Positions 1-12,589 of a DNA stretch of 39,815 nt are shown one piece after another; the first letter of the stretch is position 1; every line of letters begins with the position of its first letter. The notes under the pieces are model-generated. The model was given only the letters and a program-made list of their open reading frames with translations, did not search any database and had not been told where the DNA came from. The position numbers and the translations under genes are program-made. The stretch lies in the NCBI RefSeq assembly GCF_001194135.2, contig NC_068997.1:37741595-37781409 (forward strand). Reading direction: 5' to 3'. Source of the stretch: Octopus bimaculoides (lineage: Eukaryota).

Positions 1-326
1 CCATGGCATACTTGGGGTGCACTTCAGGACAGGTATGCCGTAGAATTTCTAACCATTTCTCGTGCTTTAGAGATAGGAAGAAAATGGCTAGCACCAGTCT
101 TAGCAAATACATCTGGGATCTTAAGGAAAATAATAAACAGTATTCATTAGAATGGTCTATAATAGCAAGATCAATGCCATATGAGAGAGGAAGAAAGTAT
201 TGTTCGCTCTGTACGGTAGAACTATACTGCATACTCTTCTCTAAGGATAAATTGATCAACAAAGTAAAGAATAATGCTCTGAAATGTACGCATATCATAA
301 GAAGTACGTTTCGTTGGTATAAATGA
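1..326 (+). mobile_element. Penelope-like retroelement, 3' end (GIY-YIG endonuclease C-terminal part)
   Basis: YLGCT...RISNH..F......STSLSKYIWDLK...WSII...Y....C.LC..E..IL....LINK...KC.H matches the Penelope GIY-YIG tail. Confidence 0.8.
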
Positions 327-354
327 TCTTAGGATGTGGGGAAGTACAACATGA

Positions 355-690
355 TGTCTCATGTATGTTTATGTATGTGTAATTATGCATATATGGATGA
401 GTGCATATAAGTGTGTGTGTATATATGTGTGTGTGAACGGAGATAAGGATATGCATATATATGTGTGTAAGTACGTATATGTATAGGTGTGTGAGTGTAT
501 GTATATATATATGTATATGTATGTGTACATGTATATATATGTATATGTATGTGTGTACGTATTTGTATATATATATGTTTGTATATATATATATATATGT
601 ATGTATATGTATATATGTGTATGTATGTATATATGTATATGTATACGGGTAAAGGAACGGGTAAAGGAACGGGTAAAGGAACGGGTAATA
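355..690. repeat. Mixed (TA)n/(TG)n/(TATG)n tract, then a 12-mer (CGGGTAAAGGAA) repeated ~3.5 times
   Basis: Read directly; the 12-mer starts at 646, 658, 670 and 682. Confidence 0.9.
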
Positions 691-1744
691 TAGTATAGTA
701 CAACACAATTAATGGTTTGATCTCCAAATACAATGTAACTAAGTGACTCTACCAAATTAAGGGTAGATATGAAATAAAAGTAAGAACTGAGAACAAAATA
801 AATAACTAAGCATTTAATAGGAACAGATGAGGGTCAAGTTTTTATATGAAAACCATAGGAAAAAAAATGATAATAGCAAAGAATGATAAAATATCAAAAT
901 ATTAATAAATTTTTTTTTTAGTAAAGGGGCTTGTAATGATTCCTAGGAGGTTTGATGGCTGAACTGAGATCTCTATTAGCAAAGTAAAGAGACTTAACAA
1001 TAATAATATAAAATGGAATAATAAACAGATGAACCCTCTAGGGGCAATGAATATAGTCGACATATAGGGGATAATAGATAATAATTTAAAAATTAATAAC
1101 TAAATTAATAGATAAATAAATTAATAAATAAATGAATAAATAAATAAATAAATNNNNNNNNNNNNNNNNNNNNNNNNNNNNNNNNNNNNNNNNNNNNNNN
1201 NNNNNNNNNNNNNNNNNNNNNNNNNNNNNNNNNNNNNNNNNNNNNNNNNNNNNNNNNNNNNNNNNNNNNNNNNNNNNNNNNNNNNNNNNNNNNNNNNNNN
1301 NNNNNNNNNNNNNNNNNNNNNNNNNNNNNNNNNNNNNNNNNNNNNNNNNNNNNNNNNNNNNNNNNNNNNNNNNNNNNNNNNNNNNNNNNNNNNNNNNNNN
1401 NNNNNNNNNNNNNNNNNNNNNNNNNNNNNNNNNNNNNNNNNNNNNNNNNNNNNNNNNNNNNNNNNNNNNNNNNNNNNNNNNNNNNNNNNNNNNNNNNNNN
1501 NNNNNNNNNNNNNNNNNNNNTATAGCATTATCACGCGCTTGAGAAATAAATTTATTTCTGTATCTTACAATACATCTTAACGCTTCCAAAAAAAAAAGAA
1601 AAAGCACAGACTTTGTTTGTTTACTTTCATCGTAAAGTTGAATATATAGTGTTGTATTTAGGCATGGTCATGTTGCCAGTTTAGCCAATAAAACACGCGC
1701 ACTATATATTTGGTGTTAATTTGCTTCAGTTTTATTTTATTTTT

Positions 1745-1806
1745 TACATTAATCATATTTCGGCCAGAGTTCTTTCGTCACACTTCTGTGACCTCATCAG
1801 TGGTTC
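1745..1806 (-). ncRNA. Hammerhead ribozyme-like motif downstream of the Penelope ORF
   Basis: The minus strand reads CTGATGA GGTCACA-GAAG-TGTGAC GAAA GAACTCT GGCC GAAA TATGATTAATGTA. Core boxes and a stem II are present; stem I is not convincing. Confidence 0.5.
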
Positions 1807-2143
1807 TTTGCTTTCTTATTTGTGTGTCTTTCCTTACTAACGAACAGCCATTTTGTATTTTGTCTTCTTATTGTATGTCTTTATTTGCGCATGCGTATAC
1901 CTCCATGTGTGTCTATGTTTAGTAAGTGCGTGTGTGTGTGGGGGGATTGCCTGTATTATCTGTATCTCCTGTTTATACACGTTCGTTTAATTTGTTTTTA
2001 TTTATTTGTTTATGTGTTTATACCTACTTATTTTTTTCTATTCCTCTTTTCGTATTTAATTTAATTTTGTTAACGTATATAGTTATTTAATTCCATTTGT
2101 TTATCTGTGTATTGTATTATATTTTGTTCATATTGTTATCAGT

Positions 2144-3420
2144 TTATGGGGATCTTATTCTGTCATAGGTTGTGGTGTGATTGGGGTGTGTACTAGTGTT
2201 CCATTCCAGTTTCCTATTCAGGCTAGGTTTATCTTCTATTATGTGTGTAACTTCTGTAATTTGTCTAAGCGTTGCGTCTCTTCTATGTGTGGACAATATT
2301 TTAACTTCTATGTTGTTGAGAGAGCCCCCGTGTTCCTGCTCGGCGTGCTGGTACAGAACCGATGAGCTCTTCTCGTCCTTAAGTTCCCTCCAATGTACAT
2401 TTACCCGCTCTCCTATGCTCCGTGCCGTTTCCCCTACGTATGTCGTTGTCTTGTTACTGCATCGTCCCTCTGTACATCTGATACTATAGACTACATTTCT
2501 GGCTTTACAGTTAGTTTGTGGGCTAAATCTACATACAGTACAGTTCCTATCAGTACAGGGGGTTCTACTAAAACGGTAGGTTCTACCGATTAGGTAGAAT
2601 TTGATAGGGTTGCCTGGCCTTTCAACAACCTTAATTCTTAGCTTAAGTTTGTCTAGGGCCCTTCTAAAGCGGTACGCCAGTTCTCCTCTAGGGATGGTGT
2701 CGACGAACATGACACTCTAGTATTTGTGGTTATCATAACATGAGTTGGCCTTCCTTATTTTCATTTTAGTCCTTTCAATGGTGTTCCATGACTTGTTCCT
2801 ATAGAGTGGGCAAATCCCATTCCTATCGTTACGTATGATAGTTTCAAATTTCCTCTTGGCTCCTTTGTATACTCTAATCCTTTTTTATGGCTGTAACCTG
2901 AGAACTGCACGCAGTGAACGAAATGTTGTATGTGTCTCTTTAACTCTGTAGTGTCGCACATGCGAGACACATTTCGCATTATTCTGATGTGGTCTACCAT
3001 CAATATATTGAATCTGGCATTGTCCGCGATAGCTGAGTTCTGGTGGATCAGGTATTTGGAGGCCATAGGTTTGGCATAGTGTGAATGAAGGATTCGGGTT
3101 TTATTATTCTCAGTTTCCAGCCAGAGTACTGTATCTAGTACAGGTAATCTATGGTTAGGGTGTTTAGTAGGGTAGTGTATCTTGACCTTAATACTCTGGT
3201 GGATGGAGTTAGCTATTTTCTGGATGCTCTCCATAGTATTAGTTTCTATTCCTATTTCAAAAGTACTCTCTTGTGGGGGTGCCTTTACCACTACGTTGAT
3301 ATCATTGACATAGCGAGAGTACATGTTCACGAGTATGGAGCTCTGTGTCAGGCGTTCCTGACACAGAACTCCATACATATAGAGACATGTGGTCAGAAAA
3401 TGTTTCTAATTTTCTTTTCC
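2144..3420 (-). mobile_element. Penelope-like retroelement remnant (RT C-terminus plus GIY-YIG), frameshifted
   Basis: ORF 2761..3378 has YSRYVNDI (YVDD-like), LPVLD, HY.KPMAS and GYS. ORF 2144..2710 has VVYSIRC...YVGETARSIGERVNVH...VLYQH...E...PSLN. Confidence 0.85.
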
Positions 3421-3685
3421 ACAAACTACATGACACAAGTTGGAAGAAAGATAAATGAAAAACGGTTTATTAATATTCAAACCTGTTCTGAACAGAAAGA
3501 ACAGCAATAAAATAGCAAGCAGTTAATGATGTGGATTAATAAATATAAACAAGTTACAGAATATCGGCAAAATGTGATGTTTAAGAGCATGCAGACTAAT
3601 GAAAAAAGTAAACTAAAAATTCAGCTGGTTGGAGCGTTCTAAGAGGTAAAGTTGTTAAGAACTCAACTGTCAGTTAAACACATTT

Positions 3686-3727
3686 GAAATCTGATGAGTG
3701 TACACTTTGTATGAAAGCGCTAATTTT
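3686..3727 (+). ncRNA. Minimal type I hammerhead ribozyme-like motif
   Basis: GAAAT CTGATGA GTGTACACTTTGTAT GAAA GCGC TA ATTTT: stem I GAAAU/AUUUU, intact core, palindromic stem III (AGCGCT), UA cleavage site, wobble-rich stem II. Confidence 0.55.
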
Positions 3728-3999
3728 GTTAAAAATGCCATAAAAATGTGGAAACCAGACTGTGCTTTAACTTTATTCAACTTATATATATATATATATA
3801 TATGCATAAATTAATCTATCTCCTAATGTGCTAGCCTAATTTATGAGGGCTTTATATAATGGCTGACAATGCTATTGATTGGGGAAGCAAGCCTTATATG
3901 TCTTCTCTGCAGAACAGTCAACAAAAAATGAAACGGTCGTCTGTCAGGAGACTCTTTCCCGCGTTTTTCCCGTGTTTATAAAAATGTTATGCCAGCGGA

Positions 4000-5260
4000 A
4001 AAGAAACCAATGGAATATTTAAATTTCAGATGTGTGCCTTAGAATAAGGGGTAAACAATCAAGGAATCGAAACCTTGTACTAGTTTCAATTCTAGCTTAT
4101 GTTCACTTCAATATCATCCGAGCAAAGAAATTTAAGGTTAAGACGCAGGATAAATAATTAATTTTAAGTAGTTTGATGACTCGCGTCTAGATCATAGTCG
4201 GGTCAGTTTTCCGTTTCTTATCCCTATGGTCCATAAAATACTACTACTAGTATGCTGAAGCGTTTCAGTTTACTGCACATTCTAATGTAGTAAATAATGC
4301 TTTGTTCCCTAACAAGTTCTGTCAATATTCAGCTTCTGAAAATCGTAGTCGAAGAAATTCCCAAGCAAATTGCATGAGAATTAGCAAAATAGTTCAATTC
4401 AAATCACACGTTGAACATAATACTCCTTCATGTACTAGGAAATGTTGTCTAAACTTGGTCAGTGGCTCTCTCATCCTCTGACTGCATCTCAGTTTAATCA
4501 AAGAGATAACTTCTGTCATTGAAGAGCAGACTGGCTGCCTAACTTTTCCGATGTCATCACAAGTGAGGAAAATTGGTTTCTCTATAGACATATCCAATGA
4601 AAATAACAATGGTTAGCCCCATTGATAAAGGAAAATCCATACCCGACCCAGGACTACATCTCAAAAAAGCTAGTTCGGCGGATGAATTTGTCAGCAGGCA
4701 GTTTAGCTTAATGGTAAAGCACTCAGCTGGAGTCTTTGTGGGCTATGGGCTCGAGTCCCATGACTGGTTGTTGACAAATTTTTCCACCTGGTATGGGTAA
4801 TTTACCCAGTATCTCTGCTGTTCTAACGGTAACTCTGCGTTCGAAAAATTATCATCTTATTTGTATCGTGGTTGGGTATTATCGTGTAAGGGTATACGAA
4901 TCGAAATCGATCTGTGTTTGGTGGCATATGAAGGGTGTCGTCTCTCTTGAAATTTTACACCCAAACAGAACAGTTTAGGCAGAGAGATATTGTCATCAAT
5001 TACACAGATAGCATAAAAAATTGAAGAAAAACGTGCCCATTCATAGATGAGTCGTAAAGGGTTGTTAGCCTTACACGAAAATACCCAACCACATATTTGC
5101 CAATAACTCAACCAAACACTATGGCACTGTCTCTTCTGACTTTGCTCAATCAGACAATCAACTTTCCAAAATATTGCAACATTATTTACAGGAAATATAT
5201 TAATTGTGAAGAGGTTAAAATGATATTGAGTGTTTCTTTGCTTCCAAACCTAAAGAAACT
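4000..5260 (+). mobile_element. Degenerate mariner transposase interrupted by a ~240-bp insert
   Basis: Broken frames give ELAK.FN, KLGQWLSH.LT (WVPHEL-like), DVITSEENWFLY (VTGDEKW-like) and GLHLKK. After the insert they resume with ICVWWHMKGVV..EIL..N.TV...YCHQL and HEN.QPH. Confidence 0.75.
4697..4768 (+). pseudogene. tRNA-like sequence (SINE head or tRNA pseudogene) inside the mariner remnant
   Basis: D-arm GCTT-AATGGTA-AAGC, T-arm ATGGG-CTCGAGT-CCCAT, acceptor-like CAGTT/GACTG, A- and B-box-like motifs. The anticodon arm is degenerate. Confidence 0.55.
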
Positions 5261-5444
5261 GAAACATTAAAATTTTAAAAGAAACATTAAAAATCTAACA
5301 TAAAAAATCTAACATTAAACATTTAACCAGAATATGTCATTGTTAATCATAAATAATACTCATAGTAACGTTCTACTTGCTGTTACTTGAGGTCTCTGGA
5401 TAAGATCTGGAATACCTCGTATATAACAAAGTAACAAGAACGCA

Positions 5445-5578
<134 letters not shown>

Positions 5579-5586
5579 GTAGTAGT

Positions 5587-6133
5587 CCTGATTCAGTACC
5601 AGGCACTGGTTCTCAAGGCTTCTGTTCTTAACTGATTGGAAGTGTTATCATGTACATTATTTAGTCTTGGTATAAAAAGATGGGCTACAGCAAATATTCT
5701 GCTCAATACCACAGAGTTGCTTATCAGTTGCTTAACCTTAACCAGTTGAACATGTCCATTAGTGGCTGACAATATGTACATCTCTGATCACGAACAGATG
5801 TAGTAGGGGAGCATCATAGCCATATGCTGAGGGGAATTCTTTAGGGTTTGAATAATACACGTTTGGAAAAATGGGTATCTCGTTCAACATCCTTAAACAA
5901 CCCTTAATTAGAGATCTTTTGAGCGCGATGGACTACTCGACCTGAAGAAAATTCTAACTGGGCCTCACCTGCAAAGTTATGTGCTGTTTATTATTGATAT
6001 GAGGTCGCCATGTCATATGGTTGTGATGCATGTGCTTGGTGTACCCTTATCAGACGGGTAGTCATGATGAGTATACTGGGCTTCGTATATTTTATCCCAG
6101 TGTCACTTTGATGGCATGCGCTGCTCTTTCATT
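5587..6133 (+). repeat. Interspersed ~545-bp repeat ending in (AAT)n, copy 1
   Basis: Collinear by eye along its whole length with 34247-34795, e.g. cttaactgattggaagtgttatcat and ccagtgtcactttgatggcatgc. Confidence 0.85.
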
Positions 6134-6140
6134 CAATAAT

Positions 6141-6699
<559 letters not shown>

Positions 6700-6700
<1 letters not shown>

Positions 6701-7690
6701 AATAAGATTAGTGGTGACGACGGTGGTTACGAACGTTACCTCACCTCATTTTATGAGAGACAAGAATTTGCATAGAAACTCTGGTTGTAACAGCAAAAAT
6801 GAAGCTGGACCTTTAAGAGAAGGCTTCTCGCTCGGCAGTGGTTCAGTAAAGATGCATACTGATCACAGCTGTTATCCTAAGACAGCATCAGTAGATAATA
6901 GAATAAGGAGGAGGAAGAAAACAGGATAATGATGCAGATCTATTTAGATAGTGAACTTAAAAGAAAGAGTTACAGAAAACGGATGTTAGTACTTTGGGTA
7001 GAAAAGGGTATGTATAAAGTGACTGAGCAGAGACTAGTAGATGAAGTTAATGCTATTAGAAGAAGAAAGTGGATGACATAATTGGGGGTGGAATAGATCA
7101 CAACACAAGGAAACTGAAGAAAAAGACCAGGCTGTAGGAAAGACTAACAACAACATAAGAGAACCTAAAGGAAAAATTAATAGCACTAGCAGTAAGGAAG
7201 GCACAATTGGCACCAGCGATTTAAGTGATTTATGTGAAGAAGATGAGAAGATATTAGAAGAGCTGCAGGAAGTAATGAGTAAAGAAGTAAGAAAAAGATT
7301 ACCAAGATTAAAAGGTAGCAAAAGAAGGAAGCTGCTAGAAATGACTAGGAAAGCAGATTCTGTTAGCAGTAGGATAAATACTAAAAATATAGGTGACACT
7401 AACTTGTTGATATATGCAGGAGGGGTTACTAGAAGATTAAATATTCTACAAGGAAAGATTAGAAAAGTGCAAACGTGGAAAAGGAGACTACAAAATGAAG
7501 TTAGGAAAAAGTTAATAGAATATAAGATAAGTAAATAAGTAGTAATTTAGAAGTCATAAAATTAAGATATTGTCTGTTGAAAGAAAAGCTGATACTATTG
7601 TCTATCGAAAGAAAGCTAAATATAAAAGGAAGGTCATTAAAAATATTTACAAATACTTGCTGATACAGTGATGTTTGTAAATATTTATGA
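6700..7690 (+). mobile_element. R4/Dong-type LINE, N-terminal ORF fragment
   Basis: Frames give SYRKRMLVLWVEKGMYKVTEQRL...IRRRKW and RLPRLK...TNLLIYAG...WKRRLQ, motifs typical of R4-clade N-termini. Confidence 0.65.
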
Positions 7691-7754
7691 ATGAAGAATT
7701 TTGCCAAAACGGTGAAGTTTGTCTTCAAGATCTTTTTCCGTTTCAGGCGGTAAG

Positions 7755-7816
<62 letters not shown>

Positions 7817-8048
7817 GAGACAATGACAGACAGACAGACAGAGATAGAGAGTGCGTAGACGTTGCTGGAAAAAATAATAAGTCTCTTTGTGCATGCCGTT
7901 AATGTAATCCTGTGTAATGTTGGACTTTGTATGGTTACGTATAGAAATATAAACAAACTAACACACACACACACACACACACACACAAATATATTCATTT
8001 GTTTTGAAGTTTGTTTTCCGTTGTATTAAATATACTTATCTACCTGCT

Positions 8049-8470
8049 ATGGAAAATGAATCAGACAGAAGGCGACGGTTAGCCAGAGAGAGAGACAGAG
8101 GCGAAGAAAGGCCAGTTTCACTGAACGCAAGAAGATTAAACAATACATTAAAGTTATTAAATCAATCACAAGAAGTGAGACAAGAGAGACGAGCGCAAGA
8201 TGCAAGAAGACAGACTCAAAGACTTCAAAATGAAAAGGAGCATCTAATTGCACAAAAGAGAGATATCCAAAGAGAGAGAGCAGCTTGTGAAACAGAAAAT
8301 GGAAGAGCAAGCAGCAGTGAGGAGAGACTATCTAAGAACGAGAGCATCACAAAGGCGACAAGATGAAACGGAAGAGGAAGGAGAGAAACAAAGGAGAGAG
8401 AACATCGAGCAGAAGAATGGAAAAATAATGGATAATACTGAAACGGACCATCCTAAACATTGCTGGTAGG
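8049..8470 (+). other. R/E/Q-rich coiled-coil ORF remnant, possibly from a transposon such as a Helitron N-terminal region
   Basis: MENESDRRRRLARERDR...ERRAQDARRQ..RLQNE; frameshifted, no catalytic motif seen. Confidence 0.25.
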
Positions 8471-8587
8471 GTTTTCATTAGAAACGTGGTGTTGAAGCAA
8501 TTATTGAGATAAGGGGTGTAATGTTTTTATTTTAATTTTATTTTCCGTATCATATTCATGTCATCATTTCTGACGACACGGATACAC

Positions 8588-8643
<56 letters not shown>

Positions 8644-8646
<3 letters not shown>

Positions 8647-8858
8647 TTTCAAATTTTTGTTCCATGCCAACAATTTTTGAGGGGAGGGGAAACTGATTAC
8701 ATCTACCCCAAAACTTGAATGGTACATATTTTATTGACCACGAAAGAATGAAAGGCAAAATTGACCTCGTTGGAATTTGAACTCAGAACGTAATGAGCCG
8801 GAAGAGATACCCGCAAAACATTTTTCTGACACGCGAACGTTTCTACTCACTCACTACC
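8644..8858 (-). mobile_element. tRNA-derived SINE, family A, degenerate copy
   Basis: Shares gaatgaaaggcaaa..gacctcg..ggaatttgaactcagaacgta with the copies at 33727, 34029, 36998 and 39268; abuts (TAA)n. Confidence 0.75.
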
Positions 8859-9060
8859 GATTTAATAATGCTAAGTTTTGGTTCAAAGCCAGTAAAGTTT
8901 AGATGGAGGGCTTATTCGATTGCATCGACTCCCGTACATGATTGATACTATATTTCATGGAGGCCCAAAGGATGACTTGTATAGCGAAATCTTTCATGTC
9001 ATTAACCACGACACACCGAATCTTCCATGAAGAGACAGTTAGAGGTAGATGAACCCCCTA

Positions 9061-9300
9061 CTCCTCCTCCTCCATCTCCTCCTCCATCTCCTCCTCCATC
9101 TCCTCCTCCATCTCCTCCTCCNNNNNNNNNNNNNNNNNNNNNNNNNNNNNNNNNNNNNNNNNNNNNNNNNNNNNNNNNNNNNNNNNNNNNNNNNNNNNNN
9201 NNNNNNNNNNNNNNNNNNNNNNNNNNNNNNNNNNNNNNNNNNNNNNNNNNNNNCTTCTCCTCCTCCATCTTTTCCTCCTCCTCCTCCTCCTCCTCTTCCT
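9061..9300. repeat. (CCT)n / (CTCCTCCTCCAT)n tract spanning an N gap
   Basis: Read directly. Confidence 0.9.
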
Positions 9301-12295
9301 CGGAGTAAAAACTGAATCTTCCACAAGAAGCGTAAGTGAAGAGCTCCAACTTGGTTGCGTAGGCGTTCGCAACTTCTGTTTGGCCTTTCAGTAATGGCTA
9401 CTACCAGTCCATTTTCTATGAAACTATTCAACCTGTTCGTAATCTTGCCTCACTTGCTATTTACTAGACTTAGTCAAAACCCCAAGCACCTTAGATTGGG
9501 CCGTCAGTCCAACAACAGATGATACTGCTGCTGCAATTCCAGCTAGTAAGCCTACCGGCTTGTGGCGATTAAGGTGGGCTCCTGTTATCAGTTTATATTC
9601 CTTCAGTATAGTGCCTTGATTTTTTTGTGTGATCTGCACCGTTATGGTCTGATCACCGATAGTTTTCGCCGTACATCGCAGCGTTTCAGCCTTCGAAAAT
9701 GAGATCGAAATGAGTTGCATAGCGGACAACTGCCAAGTAACGATGATGGATTCCATTGAAAACTTTCGGTTGATTTAAGGTGATCAGAATTTCAATAGGC
9801 CATGTCCAATATCCAACCTATCTACGATGAAGACTCTATGAAATCCAAACTTTCATGCCACATGGGCATGATCATTGCGTCTATATTTTATGACTCGGGA
9901 ATAGTAAAGAAGTGCCCTTGCTTCTTTATTGCCATATTTATCATTTAGCGAATAGAGTAAGAGATGGAAATGTTGTTGAAGGAGGAGGGCAGAGGAACTT
10001 TTGTGTCTGGATGTGTTCGTGTTTGCGTTTCCATGAGAAGATTGCTCCTATGGAGTTCCCTTTGTTTATGAGACACTATTCCGCTTCTCTGACTCGGCAG
10101 TAACTCGGGTGCTTCCGGCGCCGATGGTGCGTTGGTATCTTTGCTATCAGTACAGTTATTTGTTTCTGTGACCTCAGTTATGAGCACAAAGTACTTGGGT
10201 GGATGGAGCTACTAAATGTGTGGCGGTTGAGATTTCTACCCTCCTACATACTATAAAACTAGAGCCTTTTAAGTGGCTTATCTCATTTAGGCTATTTACA
10301 GGATTTATGTGCCATAGGACTTCCTAGCCTATCCAAGATTAGGTTTCCTAGTGAAACATCACATTCAAGAAAATGTCCTCTTCATCCAGGAGATTTTGTG
10401 CTGCCAGATATTTATTTAAGATGTAACATTTACTATGTTCATCTTCAGTCACATGTCATGTAAGTTAGATACGAGAGTGCGTTCTTCGAACAGTAGACTG
10501 TCTCGTGTGACACTATCTGACAAGAATCGCATCTGTTGCCCCATATTACCTCTCACGAGTGAAGAAGACCACGTCGCTCCATATAAGCTTCCGAAAGTGA
10601 AAACAATATCGATAATAACTGGAATACTAGGTATGATAAAGAAGAACATGAACCAAAACATAAACCCTATATCAGTTTCACACCACTGCACACATTCTAA
10701 AAAATTATCCCGCTAAGAACAGCCCAAGCTCTAAACCGTACACTTTCAATTCAGTAACATAACTCACACAATACATTTTGGCACAACTCACAAAATACAT
10801 TTTGGCAAAACTCATACAATTGCTATCCAAGCAAATAACATAACTCTCAGAGCACTTAGTTTATACAAACACCACCCAATACCATAGTACAATTCACGTG
10901 GAACATCAAACAGACAGAACACAAAAATGAACATTTTCCGAAGCAAAGACAGTCCTATACCCACAAAAGATAATGCTGTACAAACAAATAGGATTTTCAT
11001 GCGCTTCAGTAAGAAACTTGTATGAAACTTTTGAAGCCATAGTAAAAAAATAAGTTTTAAATTTGACATTTAAATTTTTTTTTCTGCACCGTACAACGCA
11101 AATAAATTGATACTATATTCTTAAATTCACAAGGTACACCACACTCATATATTTTGTATATCTATGTCTTTCAGACTTTACAACGACTCTAAACATACTT
11201 ATGCTCAAAGTAATTAAGCGGATAATGATATGAAAATATATTATTGCTAAACATCTGTGTTAAAAAAATGTTTGTTCTATTCTTTAAAACTAACAATGGC
11301 GTTCAAGTTCACTATTTAATCTTTATTTCAGGTTCTGAAAGTATGATGAATGTGAATGGTAATACTCACATATTTTTTCGTCCCGTTGAAAGAAATGTAC
11401 ATAATAAGATTAAATAGGTCTAGGAATCATAGAGTACTTGATATTCTGCTTCAAAGGTGGAACTACTATGGAGACATCTCAAAAATATTCAGGGTTTTGA
11501 TGCATTCGATTAAACAGTAAATCAGGAGGAAGTCATCATTTATAATATTCTTCAAGTGAAGTGAATAGGATAGTTGGGACCGTAGTGCTACCCTGCGCCG
11601 ATAAACTTAACCATGGTGTTTAAAAATCTACATAATGAGATGCTATCAATAGAAGCCTTCGTATATGGGCTCGTTTGCGTTAATGATTCAAACCATCTGG
11701 TTCGCAAATACTTAGCGTAGATACCGAGAAAGATATCGGCATTGTGATAAAGTTTGCTCGCTCATAATATACCAATTTGGAGATAGGGATAGACTTTATA
11801 TTCTGGGGTTTGTAAGTTAAAGGAAAGTTATATTTCGCTAAGTATCGGTAATTTCACTTCGACCAAGTTAGTTATTTGGCAATAGGTATAATTGTTGTTT
11901 TGCCGTTGTTGTTGCTGTTACAAAACTCTGACTGTCAAATAACAATAATAAAAAAATCAAAGCTTCCGATTTGGTGTATTTCAAAATTTTTTTCAGATTC
12001 TCTTCCCTATGAGTATTATCTGATGCATTTGAAAGTACATCGTAAACTCAATTCTGTACTATTCAGCAGTTGATGTTTTACTTCTCTTCCTTTATAAGCA
12101 ACTAAATTCAACCTACATTAATGTGTTACCAAAATTCCACTCTAAACTTTGATTTTTGCAGAAAGGTGCACGATTTAAAATTAATTTAATATAATTTATT
12201 GTATAAGAGTAGCTTAAAATCTCAAGTACTACATAAAAATATAATGCTTAAGATTTTAAGCTACTCTTTCTATGACATATTACAAAAATTCTTAC

Positions 12296-12589
12296 CGACT
12301 ACTCTCAGTTTAGTTGACTGTGATGCTGATCCCTGATCGTTTGTTGCAGTACACTCGTATTCTCCTGAATCACTTTGTGTAATTTCCTGTATAAACAAAT
12401 TACCATTTACTAATTTTTGGATTCTTCCTGTAGACTGGCTGCTATCCAGTCCCAAATCAGCACCATTCTTGGACCAAGATATCGATGCCCTAGGTACGGC
12501 ATCAGGATGGCACCTCAACGATACTTTACCATTTCGTGCGGCCAATGTACTACTAGGAAGATGATATTGAATAAACTTCGGGACAAAAC
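12296..12589 (-). CDS. CNTN: Contactin-like exon (Ig domain 5), last exon found in the window
   Basis: ttttaag|GT TTT GTC ... GTC G|gtaaga; 294 nt, phase 1 to 1. Encodes FVPKF...VSLRCHPDAVPRASISWSKNG...NGNLFIQEITQSDSGEYECTATN...LRVV. Confidence 0.95.

Noticed and set aside
295-755. Stacked ORFs such as YTYIHT.../MCVYVY..., and similar poly-I/N/L/Y/HT ORFs at 5373, 6030, 7501, 9002, 14496, 16796, 20426, 26162, 28297, 31434 and 34682
   Set aside because: These are translations of microsatellites or N gaps, not genes.
739-774. CTAAGTGA-TCTACC/GGTAGA hairpin-GAAA downstream of the Penelope end at 326
   Set aside because: It could be a decayed hammerhead, but the core is too mutated to support.
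3870-3906. Strong-looking minus-strand acceptor (ttttttgttgactgttctgcag) as a candidate Ig6 exon
   Set aside because: The required phase-1 frame reads EKTYKACFPNQ*, with an early stop and no Ig motif.
5587-5603. CCTG-ATTCAGTAC-CAGG hairpin resembling U2 snRNA stem-loop IV at the start of the 545-bp repeat
   Set aside because: Only 17 nt, not conserved in the second copy, and no other U2 similarity.
10290-10380. Minus-strand FLECDVSLG...PMAH resembling FAM151/Menorin (MIEADV...PIMAHPP)
   Set aside because: A short match bounded by stops, with no flanking similarity or splice sites.
10760-10818. ~24-bp tandem repeat (aactcacacaatacattttggcac, ~2.4 copies); also the 12-mer array at 646-687
   Set aside because: Ordinary local slippage duplications with no unique spacers, so not CRISPR-like.
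11369-11430. GTGAGT donor with an upstream FNG-containing frame as a candidate Ig6 exon
   Set aside because: No Trp or Cys of the Ig fold, too short, and no usable upstream extension.
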